Source of the DNA: an uncultured Dorea sp.
Lineage (GTDB): Bacteria > Bacillota > Clostridia > Lachnospirales > Lachnospiraceae
DNA: 64,000 nt
Direction of reading: 5' to 3'
NCBI GenBank assembly: GCA_910589275.1
Contig: CAJUTH010000008.1
Span: 2,549-66,548 of the forward strand
Shown here in pieces: positions 45,588-55,415 of this stretch. Position 1 is the stretch's first letter; each line of letters begins with the position of its first letter. A model generated the notes under the pieces. It was not told the origin of the DNA. It made no database searches and was given only the letters and a program-made list of their open reading frames with translations. The position numbers were made by a program, and so were the translations under genes.

Positions 45588-48500
45588 ATGCTTAAAGAGG
45601 TGAATGGCTTGAAAAATAAAATTAAAAAGTTTTCAAAAGGTGACTTTCAGGTGTTAAAGCCGCAGGTCGTCTTTCCTGAGACAAGCCTGATTCTTACAAT
45701 CGGTGAAGGCGAGGTATACCGGGGAAAGTTTACAATTAAAAACCGGGCTGAGGGTACCATCAGGGGCCTTGTATATCCGTCTTCTTTTCGTATGCGCTGC
45801 ATTGAACAGGGATTTGAGGGGAATCCGGTCAGAGTGGATTTTGAGTATGACGGAAGGGGACTGCTTCCGGGACATGTGGAAAAGGGGGATTTTACGGTTG
45901 TCTGTACCGGTGGAGAGTACCGGCTGCCTTTTACTGCGATTATTGAGAAGCCATATGTGATGACAAGTTATGGCAAGGTTCAGAATACGGATGATTTCAG
46001 AAAACTTGCAATCCGGGACTTTACAGAGGCTCAGAAGCTGTTTCGTTCCCGGGAGTTCTATGAGGTGCTAAAATACGAGAATCCAAGAACTTTTTATTTG
46101 TATGACAATATGAGAAAGTGGTCTCTTGGAGAACAGGCCATGGAGGAGTTTCTCGTAGGGATTAAACAAAAGGAGTGTATATTCCTGACCCTTCCGGGGG
46201 AGGGAATGTTTTTTGAGGATATCAAAGAGGTCACCAAGGGAATGGTGACGATTATCAAGAATACATGGGGCTACATGCCCATTGAGGTGCGCACGGAAGG
46301 GGAATTTTTATCTGTTGGACGGAGCCGTCTTTCTACGGATGATTTTGTGGGAAATGTTTATCAGGTAGATTTTCTGGTGAATCCGGACAGGCTGCATGCA
46401 GGGCGGAATTTCGGCAGGGTGCTTCTGGTGACGCCTTATGAGATACTTCCCTATGATGTGGAAGTGATCCAGAATATGAGCATCAATGAAGAGCGCCGTG
46501 AGATTGAATTTATGATGGCGCAGATTGTAAAAGAATATGTCTCTTTTATGGGCGGGCGCATGGAGCTTGCCCAGTGGGTGGACAGTGCGGTAGAAAAGGC
46601 AAAGAAGATGCGCCAGTATGCTCCTATGGATGAATTTCTGCAGTTGTTTCAGGCCCATATTTATCTGCGGGGCAAGAGGGTTGAGGATGCCAAATGGATT
46701 CTGGAGAACTATAACTACAGCCGGTTTGCTATCGGAAAGGATCCGATCAGCAATGCGTATTATCTGTATCTGACCGCGCTGGTGCGCGGCGCGGGAAGCC
46801 ATATGAGCCGGGTTGTGGATGAGATCGGAAAGATTTATATGCGGCATCAGGATTCCACGCTGCTTCTTTTGATGCTTTTGGATATTGATCCCCAGTACCG
46901 GGACAGCAACCGGAAGCTCCGTGCGCTGGAGCAGCATTTTTATAATTATCATACCAATGAAGTATTATTTCTGCTTGAGGCGTTCCAGTGCTACAAAGAC
47001 CGGAACATGCTTTTAAAGAAGCTGGGACAGTTTGAGCTTATGGTGCTTAATTTTGCATCGAAGTACCGTTTGATGCCAAGGGAATTTGCACTGTATGTAT
47101 CGAATCTTGCAAGCCAGCAGAAGAATTACAGTCATTTTTTGTTCCATATTTTAGAGCGGATTTACGGGATGTATCCGGAGCCGATGATTTTGAATACGAT
47201 CTGTACGCTTTTGATAAAGGGCAACAAGCTGGACAAGCGGTATTTTGTATGGTATCAGAGGGCGGTTGACGCAGAGCTTAAGATTGCAAGGCTCTATGAA
47301 TACTATATGTCCACCATTGAGGAGGAAAATGTAAGAGAAGCGCTTCCAAGGTCTATTTTCCTCTATTTTATGCATGGCAATTCACTGGATTATAAGAAAG
47401 CGGCCCTTCTCTATGCAAATCTGATTACTTATGAAGAGTATGCAAGCGATTTGTATATCAGCTACCGGGAACAGATGGTTATTTTTGCATGGGAGCAGTT
47501 GTTAAAAAGGCATATTACGGATTCGCTGAAAACGATCTATAAGAGGTTCTGTGTGGAGGAGGAGATGACGGGCGAGCGTCTTGAGGCTATGCGGGATATC
47601 TGTTACGCGTATGAGGTAAAGACAAAAGTCCACAATCTGAAATGCATCCTTGTGATTGAGAAGGATGGGACGATTCAGCAGCGGGTGCCCTATAAGAGAG
47701 AAGGCATGATTGTCTATTTGTATGACAAGGAAGCAAGGATTATCTGGGAGTCTATGGATGGCTTCCACCATACGGATTCTGTGGCGTTTGAGACGAAGCG
47801 TCTTTTCTATGAGCCCCGCTATATGGATATGTGTAAGAAATATATGTCCAGAATTGCAAATTGGGGCGGCGAAGGCAGTAAGCTTGAGGTGAATTTTGAG
47901 AATATCATGCAGTACGGGGTGCGTGCTTTTGATGAGAAGGAGGTATTCCGTCTGTGCACAAAGCGCATCCGGGAGGACAGCTATGAGGAAGACGATTTTA
48001 TGCTGTACCTGAGCTTTGAGATGTTTAAGAGGCAGCAGTACGATAAGGTTACGCTGACTTATCTGGCTAATTATTACTGCGGCTCTACTAGGAGCATGAA
48101 GGCGCTCTGGAAAGTGGCGAAGGAATATGAGCTTCCGGTTACCAAGCTTGGCGAGCGTATCATAACACAGATGCTGTTCTCTGAGGATATGTTTGGGGAA
48201 GAAGATATTTTTGTGGATTACTATATAAATGGAAATCCCTATTTCCGTTTGAAGCAGGCATATCTTGCTTATTTGTGCAAGGAATATGTGGTGTGCGGAA
48301 GGGAAATCAGCCATTCTATATTTGAAGTGATCCTGAATGAAGAGCTCAGGCATGAGGAGCTGGCTGACATCTGTAAGATTGCCTTGCTTCATTATTATTC
48401 GGATCGGGAGATTCCGCCGGAGGCAGAGGAAATCCTGCACAGAATTTTAAGGGAGATGTGTGAGAAGAGAATTATTTTTCCTTTCTATTTAAAATATAAA

Positions 48501-48920
48501 GAAAGCTGGCTTCGGGAGGTACAGCTTTATGACCGGGTGATGATCTCTTATCAGGCGTCTCCTGGCGGGAAGGTGAAAATAATCTATAAAATGCGGCGGG
48601 GAGAGCTGGAGGATCTCGGTTATAAGACGGAGAGCCTGACGCCGATGTATGAGAATATTTATGTAAAGGATTTTATTCTGTTTGGAGATGAGCTTGTCAA
48701 GTATTCTTTTCATGAGAGCAATGACCGTACGAAAAAGGCCCATACAGAGCCGGAGCGGATATTAAAGCAGGAGAGGGAGATTACAGCGACCGGGAAATAT
48801 GGGAAGCTGAATGCTATGGCGGTTATGGGGCCGGCTGAGAGGAAACGGGCGATGATGGAGTACGAACAGGAGCTATATTTTGCAGATAAGATGTTTCGGG
48901 AACACAACAGGAGGATGTAA
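45588..48920 (+). CDS. Large uncharacterised protein (DUF5717-like)
   Basis: 1110-aa ORF with beta-rich N-terminal segments and a long helical Tyr/Leu-rich body; family name from recall, not searched. Confidence 0.75.
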   Translation: MLKEVNGLKNKIKKFSKGDFQVLKPQVVFPETSLILTIGEGEVYRGKFTIKNRAEGTIRGLVYPSSFRMRCIEQGFEGNPVRVDFEYDGRGLLPGHVEKGDFTVVCTGGEYRLPFTAIIEKPYVMTSYGKVQNTDDFRKLAIRDFTEAQKLFRSREFYEVLKYENPRTFYLYDNMRKWSLGEQAMEEFLVGIKQKECIFLTLPGEGMFFEDIKEVTKGMVTIIKNTWGYMPIEVRTEGEFLSVGRSRLSTDDFVGNVYQVDFLVNPDRLHAGRNFGRVLLVTPYEILPYDVEVIQNMSINEERREIEFMMAQIVKEYVSFMGGRMELAQWVDSAVEKAKKMRQYAPMDEFLQLFQAHIYLRGKRVEDAKWILENYNYSRFAIGKDPISNAYYLYLTALVRGAGSHMSRVVDEIGKIYMRHQDSTLLLLMLLDIDPQYRDSNRKLRALEQHFYNYHTNEVLFLLEAFQCYKDRNMLLKKLGQFELMVLNFASKYRLMPREFALYVSNLASQQKNYSHFLFHILERIYGMYPEPMILNTICTLLIKGNKLDKRYFVWYQRAVDAELKIARLYEYYMSTIEEENVREALPRSIFLYFMHGNSLDYKKAALLYANLITYEEYASDLYISYREQMVIFAWEQLLKRHITDSLKTIYKRFCVEEEMTGERLEAMRDICYAYEVKTKVHNLKCILVIEKDGTIQQRVPYKREGMIVYLYDKEARIIWESMDGFHHTDSVAFETKRLFYEPRYMDMCKKYMSRIANWGGEGSKLEVNFENIMQYGVRAFDEKEVFRLCTKRIREDSYEEDDFMLYLSFEMFKRQQYDKVTLTYLANYYCGSTRSMKALWKVAKEYELPVTKLGERIITQMLFSEDMFGEEDIFVDYYINGNPYFRLKQAYLAYLCKEYVVCGREISHSIFEVILNEELRHEELADICKIALLHYYSDREIPPEAEEILHRILREMCEKRIIFPFYLKYKESWLREVQLYDRVMISYQASPGGKVKIIYKMRRGELEDLGYKTESLTPMYENIYVKDFILFGDELVKYSFHESNDRTKKAHTEPERILKQEREITATGKYGKLNAMAVMGPAERKRAMMEYEQELYFADKMFREHNRRM

Positions 48921-48923
48921 TAA

Positions 48924-50207
48924 GTGAGGGGCGGCAGCATACTTGGACTTGAACTGAATGAAGAATTTTGCCAGATTAGTTATTATGACCGGGAGAAGCA
49001 TGAGCCGGAGACTTTAGAGGCGGCGGTGGATAATTATCAGATTCCGCTGATTTTAGGCTATGTGAATAATAGGTGGCTTTATGGAAAAGAGGCGAAGCAT
49101 CTGGCTACCGTGGACGAGCGATGTACGATTTCTGAATTGTACAGTAAGGCGGTCAGGCAGGAACGGGTAAATTTTGCCGGACAAGTCAGGGATGCGGTAT
49201 GGCTTTTGGCGAAGTTTCTGCAGCTTGCCCTTGAGAAATTTGAAAACATAGATTATATTACTTTTTCTGTTCCGAAGACTGATATTGATATTAGTAAGAT
49301 GCTGAAAGGTCTGGGAAGATTTCTTGACGTTCCGAAGGAACGGGTATTTGTTCAGGATTTTAAGGAAAGCTTCTGTGATTATATGTTTTATCAGCCCAAA
49401 GAACTGTGGCAGTATGAGGCGGCGCTATTTTACTGCGATAGGAATGAGATCCGGGCATATATGCTCCGCAGGCTGAAGACCGTAAGCGGAAGGGGAGCCG
49501 ATATGTTTGTGACGGTGGACGAGGTGGCGAATGCGCAGATGAAGGAGCTTGCTGCTGTATATCCGGTGCTGAACGTGGATAAGGCTAAGGATGCAGATGA
49601 ACGTTTTAAGGCGTTTATCCAAAGTGTGTTTGAGAAAAAGGTGGTCTCGTCAGTATTTCTCACCGGAGAAGGCTTTGAGAATAACTGGTATCCCAGTTCG
49701 CTGAAAGTGCTTTGCAACGGACGCAGGGCTTTTATCGGTAACAATCTGTACAGTAAAGGCGCCTGCTATGGCTCCTGCCGCCGGATGAGCGAGGATGATG
49801 AAATGCCGGTTTATCTGGATGAGACGAAGATGATGGAGCAGGTGTGTCTCCGCATGCGGGTGCATGGCAAGGAAGGCTGGTATCCGATTGTAGAGTGGGG
49901 AAGCCACTGGTACGAGTCGGACGGACAGTGGGAGGTGCTTTTAGAGGATACCTCGGATATTGAGATTCATATCGAATCGCTGGCCACGGGCGAACTTCAA
50001 GCGGAGACGGTGTCTCTTGCGGGACTTCCTGAGCGGAACGATTATGCGCTGAGGCTTTCTATTGAAACGATGTTTTTGGATGAGAATACCTGTAAGATAA
50101 GATTCCGGGATATTGGCTTTGGAGAATTTTATCCGGCTACGGATTTCCAGACTGAAAAAACGATACATTTAGGAGGAAGCAATGGGCAGTTTAATTCTCT
50201 GTCATAA
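48924..50207 (+). CDS. Uncharacterised protein (DUF5716-like; degenerate actin/Hsp70-like N-terminus)
   Basis: ILGLELNEEFCQISY resembles the Hsp70 IGIDLG strand; SVFLTGEGF and YSKGAC resemble later ASKHA motifs. Confidence 0.7.
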   Translation: MRGGSILGLELNEEFCQISYYDREKHEPETLEAAVDNYQIPLILGYVNNRWLYGKEAKHLATVDERCTISELYSKAVRQERVNFAGQVRDAVWLLAKFLQLALEKFENIDYITFSVPKTDIDISKMLKGLGRFLDVPKERVFVQDFKESFCDYMFYQPKELWQYEAALFYCDRNEIRAYMLRRLKTVSGRGADMFVTVDEVANAQMKELAAVYPVLNVDKAKDADERFKAFIQSVFEKKVVSSVFLTGEGFENNWYPSSLKVLCNGRRAFIGNNLYSKGACYGSCRRMSEDDEMPVYLDETKMMEQVCLRMRVHGKEGWYPIVEWGSHWYESDGQWEVLLEDTSDIEIHIESLATGELQAETVSLAGLPERNDYALRLSIETMFLDENTCKIRFRDIGFGEFYPATDFQTEKTIHLGGSNGQFNSLS

Positions 50208-50949
50208 GAAAAAAGCAAAACATCCATATGAGATTGCGAGAGTCCATATGCATATTTATACTATAGAAGAACTATGCTATTATTTCTGCAATAATCTTTA
50301 TCTTGTGGATTATACCATTGTAAACAGGAACCTCTGCGACTGGCTGGAGGATGAGCTGGAGCTTTATGACTTGTCGGCGGAGTTAAGGAATCAGTTAGAG
50401 CATAATGGTTCGGTTGAGCAGTTTTTGCTGACGGTATTAAGCTATGCTTCCATTTACTCCATGGCAGAGATTACAAAGATGCATAATATCTTGGAGCGCC
50501 TTCGGAACCAGAATGAAGTTGAGAGAGAAAAATATAAGGCGGACAACCTGTTAAATTCCGGCGAGAATGCCTCTGCGATTTTGATTTACCAGTCCATCAT
50601 CCACAAGGAATGGGATGATTCGGTGGGAAAGGAGTTTTACGGGAGGGTATACTCCTGCCTTGGAGCGGCTTATGGCAGGATGTTTTTCTATGAGGAAGCG
50701 GCTCATATGTATGAGAAGGGGTTTGAGATTTGTCAGGAGCTTGATATGCTGCGGGCGTATCTGTACTGCTGTTATCGGTATCTGCCGGAGGCAAAATATG
50801 TAAAGATGCTTTCTAAGGAGCCGATTTACCTGACTTTGGACGCGGAGCTTAAGGAGGAACTCAAATTAGCGGAGCGTCAGATGAATCCGGATATTACGGA
50901 TGAATCCTATGAACGCTGGAAAAAGGAATATCGAAGAACAAATAAATAA
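50182..50949 (+). CDS. Hypothetical protein with TPR-like helices
   Basis: AGGAGG RBS; overlaps the upstream gene; VYSCLGAAYGRMFFYEEAAHMYEKG TPR pattern. Confidence 0.75.
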   Translation: MGSLILCHKKKAKHPYEIARVHMHIYTIEELCYYFCNNLYLVDYTIVNRNLCDWLEDELELYDLSAELRNQLEHNGSVEQFLLTVLSYASIYSMAEITKMHNILERLRNQNEVEREKYKADNLLNSGENASAILIYQSIIHKEWDDSVGKEFYGRVYSCLGAAYGRMFFYEEAAHMYEKGFEICQELDMLRAYLYCCYRYLPEAKYVKMLSKEPIYLTLDAELKEELKLAERQMNPDITDESYERWKKEYRRTNK

Positions 50950-51000
50950 TAATATAAACTGAAAGCGCCGCAGCGCGGCGTCTTAATAAGGAGGAGAACT

Positions 51001-52434
51001 ATGAGTAATGACAGATATCAGAGTCCATTATCTGAACGGTACGCAAGTAAGGAGATGCAGTATATCTTTTCCCCGGATATGAAATTCCGTACATGGAGAA
51101 GGCTGTGGATAGCTCTTGCAGAGACGGAGAAAGAGCTGGGACTTGATATTACGGAGGAACAGATTGAGGAGCTTAAGAGCCATGCGGAGGATATTAATTA
51201 TGATGTGGCAAAGGAGAGGGAGAGAATCGTAAGGCATGACGTTATGTCCCATGTATATGCGTATGGAGTGCAGTGCCCGAAGGCGAAGGGGATCATTCAT
51301 CTGGGAGCCACGTCCTGTTACGTGGGGGACAATACGGATATGATTGTTATGGCAGAGGCATTGAAGCTGGTGAAGACAAAGCTTGTGAATGTAATTGCGA
51401 AGTTTGCCGGCTTTGCAGAGCGGTATAAGAGTCAGCCGACGCTTGCGTTTACTCATTTTCAGCCGGCCCAGCCTACGACGGTAGGAAAGAGAGCGACGCT
51501 CTGGATACAGGAATTTGCCATGGATTTGGAGGACTTAGAATATGTGGCGGGAACTTTAAAGCTTCTTGGTTCTAAGGGAACCACGGGTACGCAGGCGAGT
51601 TTTCTGGAGCTGTTTGACGGGGATCAGGAGACAATTGATAAGATTGACCCGATGATTGCAGAGAAGATGGGATTTGAGGATTGCTATCCGGTATCCGGAC
51701 AGACCTATTCCCGCAAGGTGGATACAAGGGTGTTGAATGTGCTTGCGGGAATTGCTGCCAGCGCTCATAAATTCTCCAATGATATCCGTCTTCTGCAGCA
51801 TTTGAAAGAGGTGGAGGAGCCTTTTGAGAAGACTCAGATTGGTTCTTCCGCTATGGCATACAAGAGAAATCCTATGAGAAGCGAGCGGATTGCATCTCTG
51901 TCAAGATATGTGATGATTGACGCGCTGAATCCGGCGATTACGTCGGCAGCTCAGTGGTTTGAGCGGACATTAGATGATTCGGCGAATAAACGGCTGAGTA
52001 TTCCAGAAGGGTTTCTTGCCGTTGACGGTATTTTGGATCTGTGTCTGAATGTGGCGGACGGTTTGGTAGTATATCCAAAAGTAATTGAGAAGCGCCTGAT
52101 GGCGGAGCTTCCGTTTATGGCAACGGAAAATATTATGATGGACGCAGTAAAGGCCGGCGGAGACAGGCAGGAGCTTCATGAGCGTATTCGCGAACTGTCT
52201 ATGGAAGCAGGAAGAAATGTAAAGGCAGAGGGATTAGATAATAATCTTCTGGAACTGATTGCGGCAGATCCGGCGTTTAATCTTACGCTGGAAGAGCTGA
52301 AGAAGACCATGGATCCGGCAAAATATACGGGCCGGGCGGCCATTCAGGTAGATAAGTACCTAAACGAGGTGATCCGGCCGATGCTTGAGAGAAATAGGGA
52401 GCTTCTTGGCGTGGAAGCAGAGATACATGTATAA
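51001..52434 (+). CDS. purB: Adenylosuccinate lyase
   Basis: RHDVMSH, IHLGATS, THFQPAQ and GSSAMAYKRNP signature. Confidence 0.97.
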   Translation: MSNDRYQSPLSERYASKEMQYIFSPDMKFRTWRRLWIALAETEKELGLDITEEQIEELKSHAEDINYDVAKERERIVRHDVMSHVYAYGVQCPKAKGIIHLGATSCYVGDNTDMIVMAEALKLVKTKLVNVIAKFAGFAERYKSQPTLAFTHFQPAQPTTVGKRATLWIQEFAMDLEDLEYVAGTLKLLGSKGTTGTQASFLELFDGDQETIDKIDPMIAEKMGFEDCYPVSGQTYSRKVDTRVLNVLAGIAASAHKFSNDIRLLQHLKEVEEPFEKTQIGSSAMAYKRNPMRSERIASLSRYVMIDALNPAITSAAQWFERTLDDSANKRLSIPEGFLAVDGILDLCLNVADGLVVYPKVIEKRLMAELPFMATENIMMDAVKAGGDRQELHERIRELSMEAGRNVKAEGLDNNLLELIAADPAFNLTLEELKKTMDPAKYTGRAAIQVDKYLNEVIRPMLERNRELLGVEAEIHV

Positions 52435-52439
52435 ATACT

Positions 52440-52470
52440 GTAACAGTTCTGCCTTCGACTGAATTGTTAC
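52440..52470. repeat. Palindrome, GTAACAGTTC family
   Basis: GTAACAGTTC-N11-GAATTGTTAC, 5 nt after the purB stop. Confidence 0.65.
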
Positions 52471-52509
52471 TGAAAAATAGGTATAGGACAGGAAGAGCGA
52501 GTAATAATA

Positions 52510-53463
52510 ATGGATATGAATAAGAAAATTTATGATGTGATGATTTTAGGAGCGGGACCGGCGGGCTTGTCAGCAGCGCTGTATGCGGCAAGAGGCGGGC
52601 TTTCGGTGCTTATAATTGAAAAGGGAATAAGCGGCGGACAGATTGCGGCTACGGATGCTGTAGAGAATTATCCGGGACAGATGTTAGAGGGCGAGACCGG
52701 AGAGAGCCTTGCAAAAAGAATGGCGCTTCAGGCGGAGCATTTCGGAGCGGTTAGAGTGCAGGACGTTATTACGGAAGCTGTGCTTGACAGGGAAATAAAA
52801 GAGTTCCGTGGGCAGAAGGAGACCTACAGCGGGCGTTTTGTGGTGCTCGCTATGGGGGCATCCCCAAGACCAATCGGCTGTAAAGGCGAGATGCAGTTTA
52901 AGGGAAGCGGGATTTCTTACTGCGCTACCTGCGACGGGAATTTCTTTACCGGACTGGACGTGTATGTAGCCGGAGGGGGAGATGCGGCGGTGGAGGAAGC
53001 TGTTTATCTGACCAGATTTGCCAGAAAGGTTGCTATTGTCCACAGAAGGGATCAGCTTAGGGCTGTGCAGTCTATTCAGGACCGGGCTTTTAAAAATCCT
53101 AAAATAGAATTTTTTTGGGACAGCGTAGTAGAGGAGGCTTTTGGCGAAGGCGTCCTTCAGGGGCTGATTATTCGAAATGTAAAAACCGGAGAACAGACAA
53201 AGATATCGGCGGATCCGTCGGACGGTATGCTTGGACTCTTTGGATTCGTGGGGAATATCCCGAACTCATCTCTGGTAAACGGGATGGTTGATATGGATGA
53301 ACGGGGATATATCCGGACAGATGAGGATATGCGTACCAGTTTGAAAGGAGTTTATGCAGCCGGGGATATCCGCGTAAAGTCTGTGAGACAGGTGGTAACG
53401 GCGGCGGCTGACGGGGCGATAGCAGCAGTCAGTATATCGGCGGACTGGCAGATGGACGGGTAG
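52510..53463 (+). CDS. trxB: Thioredoxin-disulfide reductase
   Basis: GAGPAG, SYCATCDG, GGGDAA, HRRD and YAAGD. Confidence 0.93.
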   Translation: MDMNKKIYDVMILGAGPAGLSAALYAARGGLSVLIIEKGISGGQIAATDAVENYPGQMLEGETGESLAKRMALQAEHFGAVRVQDVITEAVLDREIKEFRGQKETYSGRFVVLAMGASPRPIGCKGEMQFKGSGISYCATCDGNFFTGLDVYVAGGGDAAVEEAVYLTRFARKVAIVHRRDQLRAVQSIQDRAFKNPKIEFFWDSVVEEAFGEGVLQGLIIRNVKTGEQTKISADPSDGMLGLFGFVGNIPNSSLVNGMVDMDERGYIRTDEDMRTSLKGVYAAGDIRVKSVRQVVTAAADGAIAAVSISADWQMDG

Positions 53464-53654
53464 AAAACTATAGGAAATAAGCCTTGAAGATGTCTTTTAT
53501 TACGTTTGCTTATAGATGGTATGAATTAATATAATAGAAAAAATGTGAAAAGAACTGTAATTTTCTGAACGGCAGTGCTATAATGTGTGAGGTTTACAAG
53601 GAGAGAGCGCGGGATGCGTAAAGTGCATCCGCCGCCCGTTACAGGGGGATAGCT

Positions 53655-54899
53655 ATGAGATTTCAGCAGATTACAGAAAATAAAACAGAATATATGGATT
53701 TACTTTTGCTGACAGATCCTCAGAGTGACATGGTATACCGATATCTGGACACTGGGGATATGTTTGCGTTATATGAAGGGAAAGAGCTTTGTACGCTGGC
53801 GGTAGTTACGGCTTCCGGAAACAGGGAATGTGAGATACGCAATCTTGTGACTACTTATGGAAATGGCGGCAAGGGATATACCCGGGCGATGATCCATTAT
53901 CTCAGCGAAAATTACCGCAAGGAATGCGATACCATGTATGTGGGGACATGGGATTACGAAGAAAGTATGAGGGCATATAAAAAAGGCGGTTTTGAGTATT
54001 CCCATACGTTAGAAGATTATTATGTACATAATTATAAGGAACCAATCTATCTGGACGGAAAACAGATGAAGGATCTGGTGTATCTGAAAAAGGATCTGGA
54101 TGCAGAGGTTGATTTGAAAAGGGTTGTGAATTTTGCTTTGGACGCAGGAAGGATTCTTCTGAAAAACGGAGCGGAGATATTTCGTGTAGATGAGACGATT
54201 CAGCGGATCTGCAAACGTTATCATGTAGAGGAAGTGGATACCTTTGTACTGAGCCATGCAATTTTTATTAATGCTGAGCGTGACGGCGAAGAGTTATATT
54301 CTAAGATTAAGCATGTGCCGTTATCCAGCGCAAATCTTGAGATTGTGGCTGAGGTAAATGATCTGTCCAGAAAGATTACGTCAGGCATGATTAATCTGGA
54401 GGAGGCAATTGAGGATCTTGACAGAATTGAGCATATGCCTGCGAAGAAGAAGTATCAGTTGGTGTTGTCTGCCGGGGTGGGAGCCAGCGCTTTTGGATAT
54501 CTTCTGGGAGCCAGCGCCACGGAAAGTATCTGTGCGTTTTTTATCGGATGCGTTTTGTATATCTGGGTGCTGTTTGCTGGAAAGCACAGGCTGTCGAAGA
54601 TTATTATCAATATATTCGGAGGGATTTTGATTACTTCGATGGCGGCGGCGATGTATGTATTTGTTCCGGTTTCTATGAAGGTAGACGGCATGATCATAGC
54701 GGGGATTATGCCGCTGGTGCCGGGAGCTGCTTTTGTAAATGCGATCAGGGATATAGCGGATAGTGATTTCTTGTCTGGAACGGTGAGGATGATTGATGCC
54801 TTGCTTGTATTTGTGTATATTGCCATTGGCGTCGGCGTTGCGCTGGGGATTTTTAGCAATTGGATTGGAGGTGTGGGAATATGCTTAACTGGTTTATAG
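53655..54899 (+). CDS. GNAT-like domain fused to ThrE-family threonine/serine exporter subunit
   Basis: N-terminal about 148 aa is GNAT-like (MDLLLLTDP, CEIRNL, MYVGT); then AGRILLKNGAEIFRVDETI and IMPLVPG ThrE motifs. Confidence 0.82.
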   Translation: MRFQQITENKTEYMDLLLLTDPQSDMVYRYLDTGDMFALYEGKELCTLAVVTASGNRECEIRNLVTTYGNGGKGYTRAMIHYLSENYRKECDTMYVGTWDYEESMRAYKKGGFEYSHTLEDYYVHNYKEPIYLDGKQMKDLVYLKKDLDAEVDLKRVVNFALDAGRILLKNGAEIFRVDETIQRICKRYHVEEVDTFVLSHAIFINAERDGEELYSKIKHVPLSSANLEIVAEVNDLSRKITSGMINLEEAIEDLDRIEHMPAKKKYQLVLSAGVGASAFGYLLGASATESICAFFIGCVLYIWVLFAGKHRLSKIIINIFGGILITSMAAAMYVFVPVSMKVDGMIIAGIMPLVPGAAFVNAIRDIADSDFLSGTVRMIDALLVFVYIAIGVGVALGIFSNWIGGVGICLTGL

Positions 54900-55336
54900 T
54901 AAACGTAGTCTGCCCGTGTATGGGAACGGTCGCTTTTGCAGTATTATTTAATGTTCCCAAACGGTTTTACGTAAGCTGTGCTACCATCGGGACACTTGGG
55001 TGGCTGGTGTACTGCGCCGCGGTAAATCAGACTTCACCGGCGATTGCGTCTTTTTTTGCATCTCTTACGGTGGTACTTATTTCTAGGGTTCTTACGGTGC
55101 GGATGAAATGTCCGATTACGATGTTTGTAATCCCGGGGATATTTTCGCTGATTCCGGGAGCAAGCGTGTATTATATGGCGTATGATCTGGTAATTAGTGA
55201 GACGAGGGAGGCCGGACAGAGCGGCTTTCTGGCCCTTAAGATTGCATTCGGAATTGTGCTGGGAATCGTGTCTGCGGTGTCGATTCCAAGGGAAGTGTTT
55301 GGAGGAGACTATTGGCGAGAACGGAAGAAGAAGTGA
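54881..55336 (+). CDS. ThrE_2-family threonine/serine exporter small subunit
   Basis: AFAVLFNVP and IPGIFSLIPG; overlaps the upstream ThrE gene; GGAGGTG RBS. Confidence 0.85.
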   Translation: MLNWFIVNVVCPCMGTVAFAVLFNVPKRFYVSCATIGTLGWLVYCAAVNQTSPAIASFFASLTVVLISRVLTVRMKCPITMFVIPGIFSLIPGASVYYMAYDLVISETREAGQSGFLALKIAFGIVLGIVSAVSIPREVFGGDYWRERKKK

Positions 55337-55342
55337 TTTAGG

Positions 55343-55371
55343 TTGACGAAGAGAAGTAATTCTGATAGGAT
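55343..55371 (+). promoter_or_regulatory. Sigma-A-type promoter of gltX
   Basis: TTGACG-N17-TAGGAT with TG extension. Confidence 0.55.
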
Positions 55372-55415
55372 TATGTAAAGAAGTGTATTCTAAATGAAAG
55401 AAGTGGAGATATAAG

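Noticed and set aside
45588..50949. Wadjet or other SMC-type defence system
   Set aside because: The large protein has no Walker A motif or long coiled coil, there is no Toprim nuclease gene, and the context is core-genome-like.
53601..53637. THF riboswitch (TGCGTAAAGTG...CATCCGC resemblance)
   Set aside because: The whole P3/P4 region is absent; it is a simple GGATGCG/TGCATCC hairpin, and the downstream gene is not folate-related.
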